A stretch of 50,089 bases of DNA from an uncultured Acidimicrobiaceae bacterium (GTDB taxonomy: Bacteria; Actinomycetota; Acidimicrobiia; Spongiisociales; UBA5794): positions 1 through 50,089 of the forward strand of contig CAZOGW010000005.1 of the NCBI GenBank assembly GCA_964579415.1, written 5' to 3'. A model generated the notes under the pieces. The model worked only from the letters and a program-made list of their open reading frames with translations, ran no database searches and was not told where the DNA came from. Numbering within the stretch: position 1 is the first letter of the stretch; each line of letters starts with the position of its first letter. Of this stretch, positions 17,154 through 25,914 are shown one piece after another. The translations under genes and the position numbers were made by a program.

Positions 17154-18283
17154 ACGACGACACCCTGGAGAGGAGCCTCCGCGAGACGCTCACCGCCGTG
17201 GCCGTCACCACCGAGGTGAAGGATCGCTGGAACGAGATCGCCGCAGCCCCGGTGCCGGCTCGCCGCGAGCGCCGGCCTCTGCTCATCGCCACCGCTGCGT
17301 TCGCCGTGGTCCTGGTGACGGTCGGGTCGTTCGCCCTCGTCTCCACTCTCATCGGCGGGGACCGGGACTTCGCCTCACCTCCTCTCGATCCCGCCGAGAC
17401 CACCAGCGTGTCGAAGCTCCGCTACCCCGTGCCGGGGTATATCCCCGCCGGAGCCGACGAGGTGTGGGCGCAGATCCCGGTGCGCGATCCCGCATCGCCG
17501 TCAGTGGTGACCGCTGTGCTGGGCCGGCGCACATCGCTCGACGGCGGGGGGTTCGGCGCGGACATCGAAGAGATAACCGCCGTCCACGTCCGTCGCAGCG
17601 TCCCCGAGGACGCCACCGCGGAGGGCGAGATCGTCGCGGTGGGGGACAGGGAGGTGCGGCTCACCGAAGGTGCCCTCACCGGATCGGTGGGCGTGATGTG
17701 GACCGACGGCGACGTCACCGCCATCGTCGGGGTGTCCGACGGCGATGTCGACCGCGCTCTCGATACCGTCGCCGGCGTGTCGTGGAGCGGAGACGATCCC
17801 ACCGTTCCCGGGGCGGTAGTCGTCGACCCGCCGGAAGGACTCGAACTGATCGCCGAGCCGATCGTGACCAGCGACGTGCCCGGTCCCATGGTGACCATGC
17901 AGTGGGACGACGCCATCCCGCCGGCAACGGTGCCGGGCGCCCCGCCCCCGATGGTCGACGTGCTGCAGATCGACGTCTGGGTGTCGGAGGACAGCCCCGA
18001 AATCCTGCTGGCGCCACATCCCGTCGCCCAGTCCTTCGAGCTGCGCGGCCGCCCCGCCTACCTCGTGTGGAGCCGCGACTACTCCTCAGTCATCTGGGAG
18101 GAAGCTCCCGGTTTCACCGTCACCGTCTCCGGCTGGCTCACCGATACCACCGAACTGATCCGCATCGCCGAGAACGTCGAGTTCACCGACGAGGAGACGT
18201 GGTACGCCATGTTCGACCTCGACGGTGAGCCCGGCGTCCCCCCGACGATGAGCGAGACGACGTCGATGAATGTCGGCGGCTGA
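17150..18283 (+). CDS. single-pass membrane protein, putative anti-sigma factor
   Basis: Its start overlaps the sigma gene stop (ATGA). It has a short cytoplasmic N-terminus, one TM helix (LLIATAAFAVVLVTVGSFALV) and a large extracytoplasmic domain. No zinc-binding anti-sigma motif is visible. Confidence 0.6.
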   Translation: MNDDTLERSLRETLTAVAVTTEVKDRWNEIAAAPVPARRERRPLLIATAAFAVVLVTVGSFALVSTLIGGDRDFASPPLDPAETTSVSKLRYPVPGYIPAGADEVWAQIPVRDPASPSVVTAVLGRRTSLDGGGFGADIEEITAVHVRRSVPEDATAEGEIVAVGDREVRLTEGALTGSVGVMWTDGDVTAIVGVSDGDVDRALDTVAGVSWSGDDPTVPGAVVVDPPEGLELIAEPIVTSDVPGPMVTMQWDDAIPPATVPGAPPPMVDVLQIDVWVSEDSPEILLAPHPVAQSFELRGRPAYLVWSRDYSSVIWEEAPGFTVTVSGWLTDTTELIRIAENVEFTDEETWYAMFDLDGEPGVPPTMSETTSMNVGG

Positions 18284-18299
18284 CCGGAGACGAATAGCT

Positions 18300-18626
18300 C
18301 GATTTCGTCCTCCCCCGCCGCTTCGGCGGCGGGGGAGGTGGATGATCGACTGGCCTGGCGATTTCATCCTCCCCCGCCCGAAGGGGGAGGTGGCAGCCCG
18401 GCAGCTTTGGGCCGGCTGTCGGAGGGGGTCTTCGTCCGAGGTCCGTGTTGAGCTTGCCCCGAGTCGGTGCAGGGTACGCGATGAAGACCCCCCTCCCCCC
18501 TGCCTCCGCAAAGCCTCCGTCAGGGGTACTCCCCCCGCAAAGCCGGGGGGAGATGAAGAAGGCGCACTCGACCCGCCCTTCGCAAAGCCCCGGGCGGGCC
18601 ACTCCCCCCCGGCAGAGCCGGGGGAG
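18300..18626. repeat. array of about 7 C-run/G-run stem-loop repeats (REP-like) in a convergent intergenic gap
   Basis: Individual hairpins:
- 18309..18338: 13-bp stem with a ttcg loop.
- 18368..18390.
- 18421..18433 paired with 18483..18496.
- 18497..18526.
- 18529..18552.
- 18572..18598.
- 18602..18626.
The loop motif (c/t)cgcaaagcc occurs three times (18506, 18535, 18580). Confidence 0.8.
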
Positions 18627-18648
18627 ACGGAGTCCGCTCCACTTCCTC

Positions 18649-18951
18649 TCAGGTCTTGATGATCACTTCGAACTCGAGAAGCTCGGAGCCGGTGCCGACC
18701 GGGCCCTGGGTGTGGTGCTGGGCGTGGCCCTGGCCGAAGGCGTCACTCTGGCGCCATGCCTGGAAAGCCTCGTCGGAGGCCCAGCGGGTGTAGACGTAGT
18801 ACGTGTTGCGCCCATCGGTGGGGCGGAGCAGCTCGAACCCCTCGAACCCGTCGACGCCGTCGATGGCGCCGGCCCTATGGGCGAACCGCTCCTCCAGCAC
18901 CTCGCCCATGCCCTCGGGCACCTCGATGGCGTTGATCCTGACCACACTCAT
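18649..18951 (-). CDS. mhuD: haem-degrading monooxygenase, MhuD/IsdG (ABM) family
   Basis: MSVVRINAIEVPEG...LEERFAHRA...GFEGFELLRP...WASDEAFQAW...SELLEFEV is collinear with the mycobacterial MhuD sequence as I remember it. The ATG at 18951 is preceded by GAAGGAG. Confidence 0.85.
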   Translation of the reverse strand: MSVVRINAIEVPEGMGEVLEERFAHRAGAIDGVDGFEGFELLRPTDGRNTYYVYTRWASDEAFQAWRQSDAFGQGHAQHHTQGPVGTGSELLEFEVIIKT

Positions 18952-19065
18952 AACAAGCTCCTTCACGACCGTGGTCCGACACTAACCGGAGGTGTGCACA
19001 GCCCGGCCATTCACCGTCGAGATTGTTCGGTGACATTTGAAATGCCGTCTCGCGAACAAATTTGC

Positions 19066-19133
19066 CGAAACCGGTTGCACCATCCGCTGTCCCGCACCTA
19101 AGGTTGTAAACGTTATCGAAATCGTTATCGAAC
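19066..19133. promoter_or_regulatory. candidate LacI-family operator boxes
   Basis: - 19066..19079 on the reverse strand reads TGCAACCGGTTTCG, a 13 of 14 match to the generic TGNAANCGNTTNCA.
- 19105..19118 reads TGTAAACGTTATCG, with 2 mismatches.
- CGTTATCGAA is directly repeated at 19111 and 19123. Confidence 0.4.
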
Positions 19134-19178
19134 TCGCCGCAACGATGACGAGACGGTTCTGATGACGGGAGCAGTCGG

Positions 19179-20186
19179 TTGGTCAACGGTCGTATCACCA
19201 TCGGCGATGTCGCCGCCGAGGCGGGAGTCTCGATAGCGACGGTGTCGCGTGTGGTCAACGGACGCTACGGCGTCGCCGAGGGAACCACGGCAAGGGTCCA
19301 GGCCGTCATCGACCAACTCGGCTACGAGTCGAGCCTGGTCGCCCGCAGCCTTCGCAGCCGCCGCACCAACGTCGTTGGCATCGTCGTCTCCGACATCGAG
19401 CCCTTCAGCGCCGAGCTCCTCAAGGGTGCCGCACTGGCGCTGCACGAGACGGGATACGAGCTCATCGTGTACTCCGGTGGCGGCCACGTCGGCGACGATG
19501 TGGGTTGGGAGCGGCGCTACCTGTCCCGGGTGAGCGGCACCCTCACCGACGGCAACATCCTCGTCACACCGACGGTCGTCGACGTCCCCGCCGGGCATCC
19601 CGTCGTCGCCGTAGACCCGCACGCCGGGGCCTCCGGCCTACCCACCGTTGACTCGCACAACCTGCAGGGCGCGGTGACCGCCACCCGCCACCTCGTCGAG
19701 TTGGGTCATCGCCGCATCGGGTTCCTTGCCGGCCGTCCCGACCTGGAGTCGGCGCGGCTCCGCGAGCAGGGCTACCGGCGTGCCCTCGACGAGGCCGGCA
19801 TCGACTTCGACCCCGACCTGGTACTCGTCGGCGGCTACCGGCCCGAGACGGCGGAGGAGCCGGCGCACCGCCTCCTCGACCGGCCCGACCGGCCCAGCGC
19901 GGTCTTCGCCGCCAACGACCTCTCCGCCATCCAGACGATGGAGGTGGCACGTCGCCTCGGCCTGTCGGTTCCCGAGGACCTTTCCCTCGTCGGGTTCGAC
20001 AACATTCCCGAGTCGGCCCTCACCGACCCTCCCCTCACCACGATCGACCAGTCGATCCAGCAGATGGGCTTCGAGGCTGTGCGACTCCTCATCGAGCTCA
20101 TCGCAGATCCCGCACGCGAGCCCGTGCATCTGACCCTGCCCACCGAGTTGGTGGTCCGGCAGTCGAGCCGGCCACCCCGCGACTGA
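19179..20186 (+). CDS. LacI family transcriptional regulator
   Basis: N-terminal HTH ITIGDVAAEAGVSIATVSRVVNG followed by a periplasmic-binding-protein-like body. TTG start preceded by GGGAG. Confidence 0.9.
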   Translation: MVNGRITIGDVAAEAGVSIATVSRVVNGRYGVAEGTTARVQAVIDQLGYESSLVARSLRSRRTNVVGIVVSDIEPFSAELLKGAALALHETGYELIVYSGGGHVGDDVGWERRYLSRVSGTLTDGNILVTPTVVDVPAGHPVVAVDPHAGASGLPTVDSHNLQGAVTATRHLVELGHRRIGFLAGRPDLESARLREQGYRRALDEAGIDFDPDLVLVGGYRPETAEEPAHRLLDRPDRPSAVFAANDLSAIQTMEVARRLGLSVPEDLSLVGFDNIPESALTDPPLTTIDQSIQQMGFEAVRLLIELIADPAREPVHLTLPTELVVRQSSRPPRD

Positions 20187-20234
20187 GAACAGACGGAAGG
20201 AAACGCCATGTACTTGTCAGGAAGGAGCGAGCAC

Positions 20235-21608
20235 ATGAACCGACGAATGAGGCGCCTGGCGGCACTGCTGGCGGTGCTGGCACTGGTCCTCGCCGCCTGC
20301 GGCGGGGGCGATTCCGGGGGGACCGAAGCCCCGGACGAGACCCCGACGGAACCGCCCGGCACCGAGGCGCCCGGCGGCGACACCACCCAGGCACCGGCGA
20401 CGGATGCCCCGGAGACGACGGAGGCCGGCCCTGAGCCGGTGACCATCGAGTGGTGGCACCTTCAGCACCAGGACCCGATGCTGTCGGTGTGGCAGGAGAT
20501 CGCCGACGCCTACGTGGCGGAGAACCCGCATGTAACCATCGACATCAACTTCCAGGAGAACGAAGCGCTGAAGACGGCGCTGGAGCTGCGCCTGCAGGCC
20601 GACGATCCGCCCGACATCTTCCAGTCCTGGGGTGGAGGCGGACTCGCCGCACAGGCGGAGGCCGGGCTGGTACAGGACATCACCGCGGCGTCGGCGGGCT
20701 TCACCGACCAGCTCGGTGAGGGGGCGCTCAAGCTCTTCCAGGTCGACGGTGCCCAGTACGCCATCCCGTACAACATGGGCATGGTCGGCTTCTGGTACAA
20801 CACCGACCTGTTCGCTCAGGCCGGCATCGAGGAGCCGCCCACCACATGGGAGGACTTCCTCACCACGGTGCAGCTCCTGCAGGACGCCGGAATCACGCCC
20901 ATCGCCGTCGGCGCCGGCGACAAGTGGCCCGCCCACTTCTACTACTCGTACCTGCTGTTGCGCCTCGGCGGCCAGGCCAAGTTCGAGGAGGCGGCGGCCA
21001 CCGGCAACTTCAACTTCCCCGAGTACATCGAGGCGGGCAACCAGCTCAAGGAGCTGATCGACCTCGAGCCGTTCCAGGAGGGTTTCCTCGCCGCCACCTG
21101 GCCCAATGAGGGCGCCACCATCGGCAACGGCCAGGCCGCCATGGACCTGATGGGACAGTGGGCACCGGGCGCCTTCGAGAACGAGTCCGCCAGCGGAGAG
21201 GGCATCACCGACACGCTGGGCTGGTTCACTTTCCCGGCGGTGACCGGCGGAGCCGGGGATGCCAACGACGCGCTCGGCGGCGGTGACGGCTTCGCCGTCG
21301 GCCGCGACGCGCCCCCGGAGGCGGTCGACTTCCTCGGCTATCTCACCAACGTCGACAACGCCATCAAGGCGGCGGAGACGGGCAGCATCCTGCCGGTGAC
21401 CAAGGGCGCCGAGGGGGGAGTCACCGATCCGCACCAGCTCGCCGTCGTCGAGGGCATGGGCCGAGCCAACTATGTCCAGCTCTACCTCGACCAGTACTTC
21501 TCCCCGGAGTTGGGGGGCGTCATCAACGACAACGTCCAGTTCTTCTTCGCGGGTGAGATCACCTCGGAGGAACTGGCCCAGGCCATCACCGACGGGGCAG
21601 GCGGCTGA
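20235..21608 (+). CDS. carbohydrate ABC transporter substrate-binding lipoprotein
   Basis: ATG at 20235 preceded by GAAGGAG. Lipoprotein signal MNRRMRRLAALLAVLALVLAAC-G. Family-1 solute-binding body (WWHLQ..., FQSWGGG, AIPYNMGMVGFWYN). Confidence 0.9.
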   Translation: MNRRMRRLAALLAVLALVLAACGGGDSGGTEAPDETPTEPPGTEAPGGDTTQAPATDAPETTEAGPEPVTIEWWHLQHQDPMLSVWQEIADAYVAENPHVTIDINFQENEALKTALELRLQADDPPDIFQSWGGGGLAAQAEAGLVQDITAASAGFTDQLGEGALKLFQVDGAQYAIPYNMGMVGFWYNTDLFAQAGIEEPPTTWEDFLTTVQLLQDAGITPIAVGAGDKWPAHFYYSYLLLRLGGQAKFEEAAATGNFNFPEYIEAGNQLKELIDLEPFQEGFLAATWPNEGATIGNGQAAMDLMGQWAPGAFENESASGEGITDTLGWFTFPAVTGGAGDANDALGGGDGFAVGRDAPPEAVDFLGYLTNVDNAIKAAETGSILPVTKGAEGGVTDPHQLAVVEGMGRANYVQLYLDQYFSPELGGVINDNVQFFFAGEITSEELAQAITDGAGG

Positions 21609-21632
21609 GCAGGCTGCCCGCGAGAACGAGGG

Positions 21633-21663
21633 GGGGCGGGACGTTGCGGCGACGTCCCGCCCC
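21633..21663 (+). terminator. 12-bp hairpin after the binding-protein gene (intra-operon attenuator or terminator)
   Basis: ggggcgggacgt-tgcggcg-acgtcccgcccc. Confidence 0.5.
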
Positions 21664-21720
21664 GCTCTCTACTTCGCCGGCGGGACACGATCGCGGTGCT
21701 GTTGACCGTGGTGGCAGCGG

Positions 21721-21755
21721 CCGGTATCCAGTAGCCAGTATCCAGTAGCCAGTAC
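21721..21755. repeat. heptanucleotide tandem repeat, locus B (ccggtat ccagtag ccagtat ccagtag ccagtac)
   Basis: Five heptads. The array ends 18 nt before the GTG start of the permease gene. Confidence 0.85.
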
Positions 21756-21773
21756 TCCCGAGAGGTCGTACAC

Positions 21774-22709
21774 GTGACGAGCACCCAGGCCCGGGTTGGC
21801 GCGAAGCGCCAGGTGAGCGTGACACGCCGCCGCTGGCCGGTGGTGCTGGCGTTCCTGGCGCCGGCGCTGGTGCTCTACATCGTCTTCGTCCTCATCCCGG
21901 TGGCGCAAGGCATCCGCTTCAGCGGCTACGCGTGGAACGGCCTGGGGCCGCTCACCGACTGGGTGGGCCTCGACAACTTCCGTCGCGCCTTCGCCGACTC
22001 GACGTTCCGCTCCGCCCTGTGGCACAACATCGTCATCATCGTCCTGTCGCTGGCCCTGCAGCTCCCCTTCGCCTTCGGCCTGGCGGTGCTCCTCAACCAA
22101 CGTCTCAGGGGCCGGGCGCTGTTGCGCACCTTCTTCTTCGCCCCGTATGTGCTGGCGGAGGTGATCACCGCGGTGGTGTGGAAGCAGATGCTCCAGCCGG
22201 GGAGCCTCGTCGATGCTGTGTTCGACGGGCTCGGCCTGGACAGCTTCCGGCAGCTCTGGTTGGCCGACCCTGACTTCGTTCTCTACACCGTGTTCTTCGT
22301 GGTCACCTGGAAATACTTCGGGTTCCACATGATCCTCATGCTCGCCGGCCTGCAGCAGATACCCGCCGAGCTCACCGACGCTGCAGCCATCGACGGCGCC
22401 GGGTGGTGGCAGTCGCTGCGCCATGTCACCATCCCCCTGCTGCGCCCCGCCCTCACAGTGTCGGTGTTCTTGTCGGTCATCGGCTCGCTGCAGCTCTTCG
22501 ACCTGGTCTGGGTGATGACCAAAGGTGGCCCCATCGACGCGTCGGAGACCATGGCCACCTACATGATCGACGCCGCCTTCCGTAGCAAGCTGTTCGGGTA
22601 CGCCAACGCCATCTCCGTGATCATCTTCGTCCTGTCGCTACCGGTGGCCATCGTCTACCAGCGCTTCGTGGTCCGTGGCGGGCTCGAGCAGGAGAGGGCA
22701 CTGACGTGA
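21774..22709 (+). CDS. carbohydrate ABC transporter permease (MalF/UgpA-like)
   Basis: Multi-pass membrane protein carrying the EAA-type loop (AAAIDGAGWWQSLRHVTIPLLRP). Confidence 0.9.
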   Translation: MTSTQARVGAKRQVSVTRRRWPVVLAFLAPALVLYIVFVLIPVAQGIRFSGYAWNGLGPLTDWVGLDNFRRAFADSTFRSALWHNIVIIVLSLALQLPFAFGLAVLLNQRLRGRALLRTFFFAPYVLAEVITAVVWKQMLQPGSLVDAVFDGLGLDSFRQLWLADPDFVLYTVFFVVTWKYFGFHMILMLAGLQQIPAELTDAAAIDGAGWWQSLRHVTIPLLRPALTVSVFLSVIGSLQLFDLVWVMTKGGPIDASETMATYMIDAAFRSKLFGYANAISVIIFVLSLPVAIVYQRFVVRGGLEQERALT

Positions 22710-23569
22710 CCGCCACTGCCAGTGCCCGTACCGGGCGCTTCTACCGCAACCGGCGCCTCCTCGCCCACGGCGCCCTCTACGCCGTTGCCCTGGCCGTGCT
22801 GGCGGTGATCATCGTCCCCATCCTGTTCGCTGTCATCGGCGGGTTCCGCACGACCGGTCAGATCGCCTTCGAGCCCGCCGCTCTCCCCGACCCGTGGATC
22901 TTCTCCAACTACGGCAGGGTCCTCACCATGGGCGCCTTCTGGCGCCAGATGCTCAACAGCCTGGTCATCGCCGGCATCACCACCGTCGTGCTGCTGCCGG
23001 CTGCGTCGATGGCGGCTTTCGTCATCTCCCGGTTCCGGTTCCGGGGCAGGGAGGGCATCTACTGGTTGTTCACCGTCGGCCTGCTCTTCCCGCTGGCGGT
23101 GGCGATCCTGCCGCTGTACATCGTCATCCGCCAGATGGGCCTGCTCAGCTCGCCCCTCGGCGTAGCCCTCCCCCAGGCCGCCTTCGCCTTGCCGCTGTCG
23201 ATCGTGGTGCTGCGCCCCTTCTTCCGCAGCATCCCCCGCGAGCTGGAGGAGGCGGCAGCCATCGACGGCTGCGGTCCCTTCCGCTTCTACTGGTCGATCC
23301 TCCTGCCGCTGTCCAGGCCCGTGCTGAGCACCATCGCCGTGCTCACCATCGTGGGGAGTTGGAACGCCTTCCTGCTGCCTCTTGTCGTGCTCGTCGAGCC
23401 GACGTGGTGGACGCTGCCGCTGGGGGTGACCACCTTCTCCGACCGCTACACCAGCGACATCGCCGGGATACTGGCCTTCACCACACTGTCTATGGTTCCG
23501 GCGCTGGTTCTCTATCTCATCGCCGAGAGGCAGATCGTGGCCGGGCTGTCGGGAGGGGTCAAGGGATGA
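22706..23569 (+). CDS. carbohydrate ABC transporter permease (MalG/UgpE-like)
   Basis: EAA loop (EEAAAIDGCGPFRFYWSILLPLSRP). The start overlaps the upstream stop by 4 nt. Confidence 0.9.
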   Translation: MTATASARTGRFYRNRRLLAHGALYAVALAVLAVIIVPILFAVIGGFRTTGQIAFEPAALPDPWIFSNYGRVLTMGAFWRQMLNSLVIAGITTVVLLPAASMAAFVISRFRFRGREGIYWLFTVGLLFPLAVAILPLYIVIRQMGLLSSPLGVALPQAAFALPLSIVVLRPFFRSIPRELEEAAAIDGCGPFRFYWSILLPLSRPVLSTIAVLTIVGSWNAFLLPLVVLVEPTWWTLPLGVTTFSDRYTSDIAGILAFTTLSMVPALVLYLIAERQIVAGLSGGVKG

Positions 23570-25914
23570 GTGACGCTGTGCTGTATCGGGATGCCGACCG
23601 ACCCGTCGACGAGCGCGTCGACGACCTGCTCTCGCGGATGACCCTCACCGAGAAGGTGGCCCAGCTCGGGAGCGTCTGGGTGTTCCAGCTCATCGACGGC
23701 GCCGGCTTCTCCCCGGCCAAGGCGCAGACACTGCTCGCCTCCGGGCTCGGCCAGGTCACCCGCATCTCAGGGGCGACCAATCTGGGCTCCGTCGCTGCTG
23801 CCGAGTGCGCCAATGCCGTCCAGCGCCACCTCGTCGAGCACACCCGCCTCGGCATCCCCGCCGTGGTCCACGAGGAGATCTGCGCCGGCCTCATGGCCCT
23901 CGAAGCCACCGTGTTCGCCCAGGCCATCGGTCTCGCCTCCACCTGGGAGCCCGAGCTGAGCGAGGCCATGGCCGGCGCCATCCGTCGCCACATGCGGGCC
24001 ACCGGCGCCCACCAGGGGCTGTCTCCGGTGCTCGACATCTGCCGTGACCCTCGCTGGGGGCGCCTCGAGGAGAGCTTTGGCGAGGATCCCCACCTGGTGG
24101 CCCGTATGGGCGCCGCCTTCGTGCGCGGCCTGCAGGGTACGTCCCTGCGGGACGGGGTCGTCGCCACCGCCAAACACTTCGTCGGCTACGGCGCCTCCGA
24201 AGGGGGCATGAACTGGGCGCCTCCTCACATCCCACCCCGGGAGCTCCGGGACGTTTACCTGTACCCCTTCGAGGCGGCCGTCCGCGACGCCGGGCTGCGT
24301 TCCGTGATGCACGCCTACCACGAGCTGGACGGCATCCCCTGTGCCGCCGACCGCGACCTGCTCACCGGGACGCTGCGCGACCTGTGGGGCTTCGACGGGT
24401 ACGTCGTGAGCGACTACTTCGCGGTGCGCCAGCTCGCCGACTATCACAAGCTCGCCGCCGAAGGGCCCGAAGCCGCGGCAATGGCGCTCACCGCGGGGCT
24501 CGACGTCGAGCTGCCCAGCACCGACTGCTACGGGGAGCCGCTGCTGGCTGCCGTCGCCGCCGGCACCGTAGCCGAGGACACCGTCGACACCGCGGTGCGG
24601 CGGGTGCTGCGCACCAAGTTCGACCTGGGTCTCTTCGAGAACCCTTACGTCGACACAGGCGCCGTGCCGGCGTCGGTCGACACCGCGGCGCACCGATCGC
24701 TGGCGGGCCACATCGCCCGCAAGAGCCTCGTCCTGCTCCGCAACGACGGCGTGCTTCCGCTCGCCGCCGGGAGGAAGGTGGCGCTCATCGGGCCCAACGC
24801 CGACGACGCCCGCAACCTCTACGGCGACTACAGCTACCTGGCCCACATCGAGTCGCTCCTCGAGATGCGCAACGGGGGCAATGTCTTCAACATCCCCACG
24901 TCCGCCGGCGCCACGCTCGAGTACGTAGTGGCGTCGGCCCCGTCGGTGCGCGATGCGCTCACCGCACGCCTCGGCCCCGTCGGCTACGCCCGGGGCTGCG
25001 ACGTCAACAGCACCTCGAAGGACGGATTCGCCGAGGCCGTAGCTCTGGCCGCCGCCGCCGACGTGGCCGTGATGGTGATGGGCGACAAGGCCGGCCTCAC
25101 CGACGACACCACCAGCGGCGAGGGGCGCGATCGCACCACCCTCGACCTCCCCGGCGTGCAGGAGCAGCTCGTCCGCGCCGTCGCCGCCACCGGCACCCCG
25201 GTGGTGCTCGTGCTGGTTACGGGCCGGCCCGGCGCCTCCGAGTGGGCACACGACCATGCCGCCGCCGTGCTCCTGGCATGGCTGCCGGGTGAGGAGGGTG
25301 CGGACGCCATCGCCGACGTGCTCACCGGCGCCGCCAACCCCGGTGGGAAGCTCCCCGTGTCGTACCCGCGCCGGGTGGGCCAGGTGCCGGTCTACTACGG
25401 GCACAAGATCTCCGGCGGGCGCTCCCACTGGAAAGGCGACTACGTCGACGCCCCGTCGAGCCCGCTCTATCCCTTCGGGTACGGGCTGAGCTACACCACG
25501 TTCCACGTGGGGGATGTGGCACCGGCGGCGGGGGAGATCCCCTGGAACGGGTCGCTGTCGGTGGCGGCCACCGTCACCAACACCGGCGACCGTTCCGGCG
25601 ACGAGGTGTTACAACTCTACGTCCGCGACCCGCGGGCATCGGTGACCAGACCCGTCCTGGAGCTGAAAGCGTTCGCCCGGGTGGAGCTGGCCCCCGGGGA
25701 AGCGAAGCGCGTCGTCTTCGACGTCCCCGTGGGGCAGCTCGGGTTCCACGGCCGCGACCTGCAGTACGTGGTGGAGCCCGGCGAGATCGAGGTCTTCCTC
25801 GGCACGTCGTCCGCCGACGTCCGGACCGCCGGATCGATCACCGTCGTTCCCGATCCCTCCGGGCTTCCCGTGGAGCAGGTGTTCACCGGCAAGGTGACCG
25901 TCACCCCGGCCTGA
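23566..25914 (+). CDS. glycoside hydrolase family 3 beta-glucosidase
   Basis: MTLTEKVAQLGS, GIPAVVHEE, DPRWGRLEESFGEDP, KHFVGYG, GYVVSDY (nucleophile region), and the C-terminal motifs GEEG.DA.ADVL.G and YPFGYGLSYT. The ATG at 23566 overlaps the permease stop (ATGA). Confidence 0.9.
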   Translation: MSDAVLYRDADRPVDERVDDLLSRMTLTEKVAQLGSVWVFQLIDGAGFSPAKAQTLLASGLGQVTRISGATNLGSVAAAECANAVQRHLVEHTRLGIPAVVHEEICAGLMALEATVFAQAIGLASTWEPELSEAMAGAIRRHMRATGAHQGLSPVLDICRDPRWGRLEESFGEDPHLVARMGAAFVRGLQGTSLRDGVVATAKHFVGYGASEGGMNWAPPHIPPRELRDVYLYPFEAAVRDAGLRSVMHAYHELDGIPCAADRDLLTGTLRDLWGFDGYVVSDYFAVRQLADYHKLAAEGPEAAAMALTAGLDVELPSTDCYGEPLLAAVAAGTVAEDTVDTAVRRVLRTKFDLGLFENPYVDTGAVPASVDTAAHRSLAGHIARKSLVLLRNDGVLPLAAGRKVALIGPNADDARNLYGDYSYLAHIESLLEMRNGGNVFNIPTSAGATLEYVVASAPSVRDALTARLGPVGYARGCDVNSTSKDGFAEAVALAAAADVAVMVMGDKAGLTDDTTSGEGRDRTTLDLPGVQEQLVRAVAATGTPVVLVLVTGRPGASEWAHDHAAAVLLAWLPGEEGADAIADVLTGAANPGGKLPVSYPRRVGQVPVYYGHKISGGRSHWKGDYVDAPSSPLYPFGYGLSYTTFHVGDVAPAAGEIPWNGSLSVAATVTNTGDRSGDEVLQLYVRDPRASVTRPVLELKAFARVELAPGEAKRVVFDVPVGQLGFHGRDLQYVVEPGEIEVFLGTSSADVRTAGSITVVPDPSGLPVEQVFTGKVTVTPA

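Noticed and set aside
18300-18626. A CRISPR array, considered both for the hairpin cluster and for the heptad arrays.
   Set aside because: The units are imperfect and of variable length, and they lack regularly sized unique spacers. The heptads are far too short. No cas genes occur in the window.
22894-23565. The 5' part of the 1006-aa ORF that fuses into the GH3 gene.
   Set aside because: It overlaps the second permease gene in another frame and is Arg/Pro/Gly/His-rich. The GH3 family sequence starts at the ATG at 23566, coupled to the permease stop.
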